64,000 nucleotides of DNA from Tubulanus polymorphus (Eukaryota > Animalia > Nemertea). Every line of letters starts with the position of its first letter. Within the stretch, counting starts at the first letter, position 1. Positions 1 through 10,743 of the stretch are shown in pieces. Position numbers and translations under genes: made by a program. The notes below the pieces were generated by a model. It worked only from the letters and a program-made list of their open reading frames with translations, was not told the DNA's origin and searched no databases. The DNA lies in NCBI RefSeq assembly GCF_964204645.1, contig NC_134028.1, forward strand, positions 23,742,345-23,806,344. The letters run 5' to 3'.

Positions 1-36
1 CTGAACAACTACCGACATATAAAACAACTAATAAAA

Positions 37-249
37 ATGAAGGGTATACTTGTAATTTTATGCGCTTATGGCTTACTTGTCGGTGCCCATGGAAATGCGT
101 CGTATTTCAAGAGATACAGCCCACCCCGACATTCAAGGTGCGTTTACACACGAATTTCACCCAAGGCCGGGTACTGTTTATGGGAGAAAATGCCATATTC
201 TAGTATTTGCGTCAGTAGGCCTAGCCAACGTACATCTCGTGACAAGTAA
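37..249 (+). CDS. Possible small secreted cationic peptide (first exon; may splice at 245/246)
   Basis: ATG, then signal-peptide-like MKGILVILCAYGLLVGAHG, a KR site and a basic segment with 3 Cys; possible donor GTAAAT at 246. No family recognised. Confidence 0.3.
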   Translation: MKGILVILCAYGLLVGAHGNASYFKRYSPPRHSRCVYTRISPKAGYCLWEKMPYSSICVSRPSQRTSRDK

Positions 250-1892
250 ATAATCATATCCCCTGGTAGCCATAAACATTGTAATGTACAAACAATACGG
301 GACATTAGCGTAGCGTGAACGTATAGGACTGGGAGTGGGAGATTTAGCTCCGAATGTTTTTTTTTTAATGAAAATTCAGCTTCGTATTAGGCACTAGATT
401 TCGTATCACACGACACGAGTTTCCTGTCAGTTCCATTGGCAGGAATCTCCAAGTTTAATCCAAAGCGAAAAAATATTCCACCGAAATGCATCTTTGTGGT
501 CATTCTTAACAAGATTTCGTATATTCGTATTGCACGAGTTTTCTATCAGTCCGTTGTCAGGAATGTTCAATGAGCAGCTGTTAGTTCCAAGGACGTCAAT
601 TTTCCACAATTAAAGACAGACATCTTTTCTAAAATGTTGTTGTTTTTTTTTTAAGTATACATTGCTACCCTGATGATCGAAAATTGAAGCAAATGAACCA
701 GTATGACTTTGCCGACGTTCTCCCTCGGTAAAACATTTTTTGGGTCAAATTCTGAAATATATCGATCGTTTTCCAGCGCCGTGATTTTTGATTGAACGTC
801 AGCCTAATAGTATATATAAATGCTTATCTCTATTCCTAGGAAGGCGACGGCACCGGCGCAGTTGAAATTGCATTACCGATAATCAACCAGATGGTGTATT
901 CAACGATTACATCAATGAATGTATCATAATTATCAAATACATCTTATTAGCAAAGGAGGATTTCTTAGTTCGAGTCCAAACAACGTTTTTCTCTTTTATC
1001 GTAAAAATTTTTGATCCTAAATATGTCTCATCATTTGAAAGGAGTAAAAGAGTAATTTCGACTACATGTACCAGATAGCTCGGCAATATATTCTGTAATT
1101 GTGAAAATCGGTTACTGATCTTTATAGGCGCAAAGGCATAACATATTTTAAGATAGTAAAATGTCGCAATTAGAATGATAGATCACCACAATGATAAAAA
1201 AGCTAATTCCAATTCAGAAATGGTTTTTCATTTTCTGTGATTTCACTTTCTCATCTTCAACAAGCGATTCGGCCAAACTGGCCCGGGCGGATTTTCACAC
1301 ATAAATCACTCACTTGCAGCTGAAATTAAAATGCTGTACTGAAATAAGCACATCACGCAATAGCCGAATAAACACTCTAATCCTGGACCACTGTGGATAA
1401 TCGAAGAACAATTCGAATTGACACGCAATAATTTGACCCGTGCTTGAATATGCAGGCCTGGTCCGATGTCGTTGGTCAGGCAAAATTTGGCCAGGGCCAA
1501 ACGGGCTAGGGTCCATTTGGCACCCTTGTGAACGGTTTACCCGGGGGCCTAATCTGGCGCGAGCCTAAAACGCTCGTGTGATCGCGGTTTTTTGAAATAG
1601 CAACAAAGTGATCGTTGAAGTAGAAGCCGCGTGAGCAGCTGGTAATACAGCTGGCAAGCACTCAGCTCGTCTGCGATTTAACTGTATCGTTTGGGCTTGA
1701 TCGGAACTGAAATAATCGGGTAAATGAAATTGTTCGTTTTTTGCTGAGGAAAATTAAAAGTAAACTGTAACTGTAGGATTTATGAATTATGATTATCAGA
1801 CATGCATTAATTAGAGGAATAATTCTTATTCTGAGGGGCTTTGAAAGAAATTTTTGCTATTTTAGAATTTTTTTAGGTGTAGACAAAACGGA

Positions 1893-3497
1893 ATGATTTC
1901 TAGACGAGTTTTCATCTGTGTCGTCTGCTGGTTGGTTTTCATAATAATTTGTTTCATCCATCTGCAAAGAAATGACGGATTCAAAGGGAAAATCAGGACT
2001 ATGTTTAGAAAAGCGGACCATCAAACGATCAAAGTGCCCGTCGTGTATAAAGATGAGGTGGCAATTGTAATCGAACAATTGAACTTGCCCGATCGTAGCG
2101 GTTGCAAAAAAGTACGTATTAGTCAATGTGTAATTTCGTCTCAAGCTCGTGTAGAATCGTTACGACGTATTGCGTAACCATTTCTTGAAAACAATCCGAA
2201 CGGTTCTTTCTGAATCAGTGAAACTAAAAATCAATTCCGTTCATATACTAGTTGTCTACATTAAACATCTAAATTATAGATATTTTGTCCATGGCCATTC
2301 ATCTTCGAAATTTTTTAGGAATGTTTTCCAGTGATGTATAGCTATAACGGATCCGGCGGGGCGGGGGAGGGGGCCAAGACTTGGCCTACATTTTTGAGGT
2401 ACACGAACAACATCAAATTAATTGAAAAAAATATCAAATCGAATTAAGTAAAAAATTGACCATTTTCTGACCAGCAATAGTGTTATTGTTATCGTGGCAA
2501 AGAATATGAGGCTAAGAGACCCGTAACACCGCCACTAGAATTAGATTTTAGTGCGATGCTGAAACCAAGGGATAGTTCTCGGAATTAGCACGACTGTAAG
2601 ACCGATTAATTTTTGCAGATACCTAAACGTTTTCATCAAACGTGGAACACAGAGAACATACCGGGAACGCAGGCGAAGTACATTGTGTCATGGATGAAAT
2701 ATCACCCTGATTGGGAGTATTGGTTTTGGACAGCTGACCAAATTGACGAGTTTGTCAACAGACGATACCCGAAATATATCGAAATGTTCCGTCGTTATCC
2801 GCAATATATGCAACGCGCAGATTCGATGCGGTATTTTGTATTGTACGAGTTCGGAGGTGTGTATGCCGATCTGGACGTGTCAGCTTTGCGATCGTGGGAA
2901 GATCGGTTGACTAGTTCTCATACTCTACTCATTCCTGAAGATCACGAAGTACATACTGTAGTAGCACACGGTCTCGAATCTATAACGCTGAGCGCTATCA
3001 TCATGTCCACACCGGGGCATCGGTTCTTCGCGTATGTCATCAAAAGTCTTCCCGCGTTCGATAAGATAACTAAATCTGACGATCTATTGGGTAAGGCGGG
3101 TCCATTTATGGTCACCAAAGCTTTAGAAAAATATAAAACCCTATTGAGCAATACTTCCACTACTGTGTCCGTTTGCGACTCGGTTTTTGTTCCATCTCAC
3201 AATAGATTTAATCCGGACTTCGATCCCGCTGTTAATTTTCGAAAAAAGTGCTTCGGTCAAGAAAAATATTCGAAACCGCCAACGCGAAAGCAAAAGATTT
3301 GCGCTTACTTAAAAGCCCAAAATTTCAAAAATAGACCCGTCCCCAAGTCAGCATATACAAATCATGCATTCGTTCATTCATACATGTATAGCTTTAAAGA
3401 TCGTACACGAATAAACATCAAAACAATTATAGGTGACAAGTTCGTGAACGTAACGGAGAAATACATGGAATTGGACGGTCCGAATCCGGATTTTTAA
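1893..3497 (+). CDS. Glycosyltransferase family 32 (DXD sugar-binding, Sur1/OCH1-like), type II membrane protein, ~365 aa; exons 1893-2111 and 2619-3497
   Basis: N-terminal TM segment VFICVVCWLVFIIICFI; phase-0 intron GTACGT...TTTTGCAG; motifs IPKRFHQTW, HPDWEYWFW, RADSMRYFVLYEFGGVYADLD; AATAAA near 3622. Confidence 0.88.
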
Positions 3498-3681
3498 GTT
3501 AGCGGTCGTTATTACTTACAGCGTTTCACAAAAACATTCACAATTGGTATGATTATGCAGAAATGGAGTTATACGTATTATTAATTGTTTTTGTTCCTTG
3601 TAGCGTTTGTAAGGAAATGTGAATAAAATACGAATAGATTCAATTCTTCAGAACATAGACTTTTACAGAAAATCAATGTCG

Positions 3682-3710
3682 TCCATCCATCCATCCATCC
3701 ATCCATCCAT
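3682..3710. repeat. (CCAT)n microsatellite
   Basis: About 7 tandem CCAT units. Confidence 0.9.
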
Positions 3711-4039
3711 CGATTATGCGGCGCTGGCCCCCTCAGTTCAGAGCGTCTGGTAGGCGTTTACAACTAGATAAAAATAAGTCATTTCTGAAGGGAAAGTAAT
3801 TTAGCAAAACATTATTTTGTAAGTGTGCGTAATTCGCCACATTACTTGTTTGCTATCTGAAAAATTGGTCGAATCGAGTATTTTCATCATCTATTACGAG
3901 AGAAATTATATTGTTCAGAGCAAATGGTCATAATTATGAAATTACTGCATTGAGTGGGAGGTAATTTTGTCGTCTGTTGTTTTCGAGCGCATACTGTATT
4001 TTATCGTCTGCTGTCGAGGTGTGTGAAACAACTGTCTCA

Positions 4040-6869
4040 ATGGCGATGTTACGGGTGTTCATATTGTTTCTGTTGATCAGCTGTTTAGTCTTATCGGTTG
4101 AAGGTTAGTGACGACGTTGAAACTGATTGTCTTACAGTCGCGTATTTGGTCGACTCGATTACTGGGATGATGTATTTTGCAGGGCGGAAGAAGAAAAGAC
4201 GATGCACGTTATCAACTACAGCCAGTCGAAAGAAATGCACGTCAGCCAGTGGGGTATATCAATTTTTGCAGTATGCATCAATACTCTAACTGCATAAGAT
4301 GATTCTATAGTAGCTTGTATAGTCTGAGACACCGAAAACTTCGGGACTTAAATTCCAAAATTAAACATACATAGATGATTTGTTTATGTCAGCCATTATG
4401 TTGATATTTGAATAGTAGACATGAAGTTTGGTCTTTACAATTGAATTTACGGTTATGTGTCTTACATTTCAGGATCCAGTTCCACAGTTCTGTGTTAAAA
4501 GGAGTTTATTTTCAAAACTCTGGAGTCAAATCTGAACTAAATGGAACTGGATCTGCATTTTGAATGCATTTCTGTTCTATGAAGCAGTTGCTTTCGAATT
4601 AAGCTGCCATTTTACATCGATAATACATGATCATAATGAAACAAAAAAGGCGATATATACATACATAAAACCAAACAGCAAATTGTAGTTAATTGAAGTT
4701 ATATAGGTCGATTATGATTTTTATCAACAAACGTAAGACCTAAATGTTCTACAAATATGGCGACGATTTGCATAATGGAGTTATAATGATAGTGATGATG
4801 ATGATGATGATGATGATGATCATGATGATGATGATGACGATAATGTAAGCTTGCTAATTACAGAGACTGTGCAACGGCCAAGGCGGCTGTTTATGCGGGA
4901 AATGCAGATGTAAGTGGGGGTATTCGGGACCAACATGTGAACTCTGCCCGGCAGCAAGACGTGATGTGAGTATAGCTATTTCTGGCGAAGGAGCGAATAA
5001 AATCGTATCCACATATGACGTGACATATATACCGCAGCTGAAAGTCGTCGTCCGTAAACGACCGACCGTTTGAATGTTTTAGATTGAGCCATTCTTAGAT
5101 ATTACTCGTACAAACCACAGAAAAACAACCACACAAAAATTACTAATGAAAGTATAATTTATAAAAATGATCCCCTGATCTCACGTCCAGAATCAATCTT
5201 ATGACCAGTTGAGTGCGACATTCGTCTAACGACAGTTTCGGTGTAATTTCAATATGTTTTACATTCGGCCTTCGTAAAACTTTCATTTGCAGTCGTGTCC
5301 TAGTACATGTGATAACTTGAAAAGTTGTGTAGAATGTCGTGTTTGGCAGACTGGGCCTTACAACCGGCAGTCATGTCGTAGAGTGTGTTATCATCTGAGA
5401 TTGAGTATCGTTGACGAGTTACCAGGTGAGCGGCAATCAGTTCGTTACATTCTAATTATCTTTCGGTCATTTCAATATGTCTGAAATATGATTTATTTCC
5501 CTTGTTGTAAATCCACGTATATCCAATTTGAATTTCAGTTTACCACCATGCTGCATCAACGCATGTGTGTCAATTCAAAGATAAGCACAACTGCGCTTAC
5601 TCGTTTGCGTATGAAGTGTACGCGTCGAAAAATGTGATCGTCAAACGTGTTACTGGTGAGTAAATGTCAAGAGGAGCTTCTTCGCTGGCATCTCTGAAAA
5701 ACCTTATTTCTCAAAGATTACTATTAGTAAAACTTGGCTCGAAAAACATACATGATGTATTGATCGATTTGGCTAATATTGAGGTTAATGAACAACAAAG
5801 GCCCATAAGAATGACCAGAAATCACTGGAATCGACCGGATATGCTTTTTTCCAATATGGTCAATAACCATATTGGATGAAAACAATATCCGGTCCATTCC
5901 AGTGATTTCAGACTAGGAGGATTTGGAAATCAGCAATTCGCTTTACTCAATTGAATACGGGCAATAGCGCAGTTCCTATTGAACCATTGGCACGGCCCAG
6001 TCATTATGCCCGCCAGTAGAAATCCCACAGGGAAGATATCCCCTCGTGAAAATTCCTCCTTTTGATTCATCGATGCCAGGGTTTCGGTTAAAGATCATGC
6101 AATCAGTAAAGGAGATTTTCTTAAATCTTTAAATAGGGATTGACCCTGTTATTAAAATGGTTGGTAGATTTCGTTAGATTTTTTGACTCGGTCTCCCTTA
6201 CAAACCCACCACACCTACCGGGAGCGAAACAGGGGGTTTAGGAGATTTGTTGGTTGGTGAATTCGGTGCTACGAACAGTCTCAATAAATTTGTTTTCAAT
6301 CTGCGCTGATCCCATACGTAACGCACTGATATCGTTGATTTGGTTCGACGTGATCGGATGCCGTTATCGTTTGAGCTTTTTGAGAGAAATGGATGATGAA
6401 TCATGGTCAGAAAGATATTGTAATCACCGAGAATGCGAATATATGTACATAAAGAAGTAAACACGAACTGCGCGCTTCGGCTACCGTTTCATGACTGCGG
6501 CATGCCTTTAACGCGTATTACTAATACACATTTCGGGTACGACGTAGTAATGCATTGACGTCATTGCTTTTTCACGATTTACCCCAGGAATTTAGAACAG
6601 AGACGATTTCCTTTCATTAAGACCCTCGGGCGCTGTTTCTATTTTCTATCCAAAGCATAGTATTTGTACACTTTCGGTAGACGCTTTACCGAAAATGTTC
6701 GAATTTAGTATTTGTGTTTTGTCGCTTATTCTTAATGAATAGACACTTTGAAGTATATATATATCACGTGCGGGAATTTCCAGGGATTGGTTTGGGAGGA
6801 GTCCACCTTGTCTTTCTTTTATTTTTCAGTGAATGAATTTGTAAATTTTTTTCAGAATGTCCGAACTAA
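4040..6869 (+). CDS. Secreted integrin-beta-like mini-protein (signal peptide + I-EGF + beta-tail, no TM), ~166 aa; exons 4040-4103, 4183-4253, 4864-4965, 5293-5425, 5539-5655, 6856-6869
   Basis: All introns GT-AG with compatible phases. Translation [74 protein letters not shown]...SCPSTCDNLKSCVECRVWQTGPYNRQSCRRVC...CQFKDKHNCAYSFAY...VIVKRVTECPN*; Cys spacing matches the integrin beta leg; AATAAA follows near 6935-6950. Confidence 0.72.
4785..4842. repeat. (GAT)n microsatellite, intronic
   Basis: Imperfect GAT run. Confidence 0.85.
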
Positions 6870-7568
6870 TATGCATGAAAATAGCAGTCACGTCGAATAT
6901 TCGAAATGCGGATTGGCGTATTATACGTGATGAATAATAAAGGAAATAAAAAGTGAAAAGCATATTGAATTACTGAAGTATGACTTAATTTTGTGTGTTC
7001 GAATTCATGAATTGTCTAATATCTAATAAACATATTTTACTCATGGTCTCTTTCTGTCCAAATAAAGAAAGTATTTCCTTGCACACCGGCATTCTCACTG
7101 TGAGTTTTCTTTTCAAATCGTTCTAAATTCGTTCCAGCGGTATCAAGTTTCAATTCTTATTCATCTGACGCGTAAAGAACGAATAGAATCCTTTCCTCTG
7201 ATTTCGATATTTCTAAATCAGAAATTACTAGAAAGCTGATTCTTAAGTAGAAAAAATACTCTTTTTATTTTATATTTCAGTGTACATTGTAAATATTGAA
7301 ACGTTTTTTTTTCAAATAGTTCATGTAAAAAACTATTTTTGACTATTTTGACAAAAACATTGTATGAGTAAAAATAAATTCTGTGTAAAAATAAATAATC
7401 ACAATTAATACAGTTTTATGGCAGTCGTTTAAGTTTCTAAATGTAAACAATATATTATATACGCATATATGGAACTAACTTTTAACTTACTTTGCTTAAT
7501 CCTACTTCTCATAATAAGTGACCTTAAATGCCCTAAAATTCTTTATGAGTTACATTTGATTGGAAAAA

Positions 7569-8544
7569 TTATTTTGAGTATCTAGGATGTGCCGGTATAC
7601 ATCCTACAGTAGCGAATTTAGTTTCCATTTTGTAGACGATTACATTCTTATCAGCGATGTGTGATATCTTATTCCATACAGGAATCGGGAAGCGAACCTC
7701 CTCGCAATTACAACCCAAACCGCCACATCTTTCGGAGCAGTCCTTACAGCGTTGTTCCACTATTTTAGCCGGGTATCGCGAGCTGTTGTAACGAGTGCGT
7801 AACGGATACGATTCGCAAAACGATTTCCAGCCCGGATTGAAGGAACACATCGGATCTGATCGGCTACGTGTTTGGTATAGGCGAGCTCTGTGTGACCGAT
7901 GATGTGCCGAGTGTCTCGGCGCCAGTCCGTAGAAAAATGGCGATGTTGCCGTCGTCGGGACACTTTCAATCGGTCCCTTGCATCCATCCTGAAGCGCCAC
8001 CGAGCACAGAACAGTCGTGAAGAAATTTGCGAAGTTCTAAAAGGAATCGTAGAACAATATTTAAAGGAATGAGGAGAGAATCCCACAATGATAATAAAAA
8101 GTCCGAAAATGAAACTTCGAGATAGTAGTTTATTCAACGTTTCGACTATATCCTAATAGTCATCTTCAGGAATAATGAGATACTACAGAAATTATGAGAT
8201 ATATATACAATCCAGTACTGTACAATACTGGATTGTATATATCTCTCCTCATCGCGTCAACACGGATATTGTGTTCTACCTATCGTGATTTAAAGGAATC
8301 ATAGGACACAATATTCTATAGAATCATAGAACACAAATTGTTAGGTTATATTAGATACTAAAGGTAATGGCAGGTTAGAATAAATGAATTGTTATGAGAC
8401 CCGAACCAGTTCCGCAATTTTTGTTTTCATTCACTCTACAGTTGAAATATTACCTCAAATTCACCGATTACTGTTGGAACTGATTCGTGTTCGACGCAGA
8501 ACAAAATTTAAACATTATCATTATATATCATTAGTATTTACCAT
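7569..8544 (-). CDS. Interleukin-17-like cytokine; main exon 8036-7569, probable ATG-only coding exon 8544-8542
   Basis: Motifs RYPAKIVEQRC..C...C....CEEVRFPIPV...Y.......VGC match the IL-17 family. Acceptor TTTTAG before 8036 gives signal-like MNFANFFTTVLCSVALQDG; ATG|GTAAAT at 8544-8536; very AU-rich 3' region. Confidence 0.75.
8071..8287. mobile_element. Short Penelope-like (PLE pseudo-LTR) insertion in IL-17 intron 1
   Basis: Flanked by 12-bp direct repeat ATTTAAAGGAAT (8059-8070, 8288-8299); rearranged pieces of the same sequence as 23962-24213; contains a hammerhead motif. Confidence 0.75.
8130..8175 (-). ncRNA. Minimal type I hammerhead ribozyme (PLE type)
   Basis: Minus strand reads TTATTC-CTGAAGA-T-GACTAT(taggat)ATAGTC-GAAA-CGTT-GAATAA: CUGANGA/GAAA core, stems I and II, palindromic ACGT stem III. 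Confidence 0.7.
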
Positions 8545-8651
8545 TTCCTATGGTCGTCTATTAAAAGTCGTCTGATGAAAATTACAGAAAGTGTGATTAT
8601 AGTCTGCAGTGTTCTGAAGCCAATTATTACTAAGTTAAAATTCTCGGGTGT

Positions 8652-8658
8652 TTTTATA
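8652..8658 (-). promoter_or_regulatory. Putative TATA box of the IL-17-like gene
   Basis: TATAAAA on the minus strand about 110 bp upstream of the proposed ATG. Confidence 0.35.
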
Positions 8659-9769
8659 CGCTACGAGGCTTCATTGATAGCAATTATGTGTTAAAAATAG
8701 ACATTAACAAATATAGATATTTGACTCACAGACCCCTACAGTATATAATATACCTACATGACGCGTGGTCACCTAAAAAACCCCAACCTGAAAACTGTAA
8801 ACATTAAAATCCTTCAGTTGTTAAGACCTTTAGTTAAGAAATACGTACTCCTCTGATGTTCTGTGTGACGTCATCATCATAGATGACGTCATGAAATTTC
8901 ATGGTCCGATCCAAACGGACTGATTTAACACTGTAAAAAAACCCGCGGACATGATCACAACTCGAAACCCACTCTTCCACTCCCGTCTGATGTCACCAAG
9001 AACTCGTATAAATCAGCGCGGGGACATTCCTCGCATTGTGGAGTAATAACAACCGGTTTTTTTCTGTCATTTCATCTCTACATTCCAAAAACAAGTCATG
9101 ATCCGTATTATAATCATGGCCGCTACCGTCAACACTTTCGAATTGTTTATTGACTATTGTAAATCTTTAACGTTATATTTCCACCAGACGCGTGCGCGTC
9201 GAAATAGCCAATCTCAGGATGTCTAGGTTGCGTTTTCAAAGACGGGAATAAAATTGAAGAAATAGTCCAAATTATTCCATTTCGTTTAAGACGACTGTGA
9301 TTGAGTTATCGACCCAGCATAACGTAGGGGGGGGGGGAATAAAAATGTCTACCGTGTGGAAAATCTGGTCTGACATAAAAAGTATGCTGTAAGCAAATAC
9401 CGGTAGATTTCGTGTTAAGCTCGGCCCGTATAAGATTCTTCGATGTAATATGTTGATTAGAGCGTCTCTTCATCAATCATTGTTTCACGGATAGGACACG
9501 AGAATGAAAGCTAATAGCATTCAGGGACGTCTGACCACGCGTCCGTGTTAGTTCGCTGCTTCTATCGGAATATGTAACAGCCGTCTCCATGTGTCAATAA
9601 TATTGTTTCTATAGAAATCCATTTTAACTACATTACAGTCGATATGATAATTAAAACTTGACAATCAATTATAAATAAATGTTATATAAAATGAAGGTGT
9701 CAGGACCATCCATACTCTGATGACGCACCGGTCCGGCAAACTTCGGGTTTCGTCGTTAATTGACTAGCA

Positions 9770-10047
9770 GTCCTAAAGTGTGATTTAGAGGCAGTGGGGG
9801 ATGAATATCACTTTTTATTCGTCTGCCCGTACTTTCAGGAATCCAGAGCTAGATACATCCCGGAGCGTTATTGGAGATTCCCCAATAACGTAAAGTTGTA
9901 TGATTTGTTCAACTCAAATTGCCAAACCCTTAAAAAACTGGCGTTGTATATACGCAAATGTTTAATACATTTCTAATGTTATATGTTGCTATGTATATTG
10001 AAAAATGATTTTGTTCTCTGTGCAATTGTATAATTGTGGAGTAGATA
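9770..10047 (+). mobile_element. 3' fragment of a non-LTR retrotransposon (related to the LINE at 41.7-43.8 kb)
   Basis: KCDLEAVGDEYHFLFVCPYF..RARYIP..Y..PN..KL matches the C-terminal motif of the larger RT ORF; short (AATTGT)n tail. Confidence 0.75.
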
Positions 10048-10191
10048 AACTAATTGTAATTGTAATCCTAGAGGGTCAGTGGTCAGTTAGAAAACGCACT
10101 CCTCATGTGCGCTGAAGCGTATACATTTATAGGTGACCCAATATTGTTTCTTATTCGAAACAAACACGCTATTATAACCACGCGACTTCGA

Positions 10192-10246
10192 CTTATTCGC
10201 CTGATGAAGCTACGCTAAAAGTAGCGAAACCCGTGCATCAAATAAA
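10192..10246 (+). ncRNA. Degenerate hammerhead-like motif (probable PLE relic)
   Basis: CTGATGA-A-GCTAC(gctaaaa)GTAGC-GAAA followed by AATAAA; stems I and III imperfect. A related decayed copy lies on the minus strand near 11965-12005. Confidence 0.4.
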
Positions 10247-10599
10247 CTAGTTAACCTATAAAGTGCTATTAATCTCGTTGAATATTGTTACCCTAACAGA
10301 ATTTCAATTCAAATTACAATAAAGCCGTAATTAGTTGATTTTTTTCAGAGGTTGCGCACTTTTTGAAACATACATTATATTTCCGCGAACTGACATTCGG
10401 TTTCACTTATTAGAACAAATACTTCTTACTTCACGTATGAATTACAACAAATAGTCGATATTCGTAATTTATTATGTCAATCAGTGTATGTATGTCATTG
10501 TCAGTCAGTATATGTATATGTATGTCAATACGTTGTATTATGATCGGTATTATGTACTCGTTTTTCTACTTTATTTCATTTCATTTTATATATTTTCTT

Positions 10600-10743
10600 T
10601 TCTAGGGCTGCTTTCTTGTATAAGCTAACCGTTGCTTCAAAGCAGTCCCTCATCTAATATCATTACAATTTTAATGTATTTGTTTATCCATTAATTCTGT
10701 AAAAATTTTACATGAAAATAAAATCATATCATATCATATCATA
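10600..10743 (+). mobile_element. 3' end of a LINE/SINE (stem-loop, polyA signal, microsatellite tail)
   Basis: Hairpin GGGCTGCTTT...AAAGCAGTCCC, then AATAAA and (ATCAT)n tail. Confidence 0.45.

Noticed and set aside
5815-5910. ~95-bp imperfect palindrome in an intron of the integrin-like gene
   Set aside because: Probably a small foldback transposon relic; no TSD or RNA family evident.
9714-9755. CTGATGA-containing hairpin resembling a hammerhead
   Set aside because: No properly placed GAAA or stem I.
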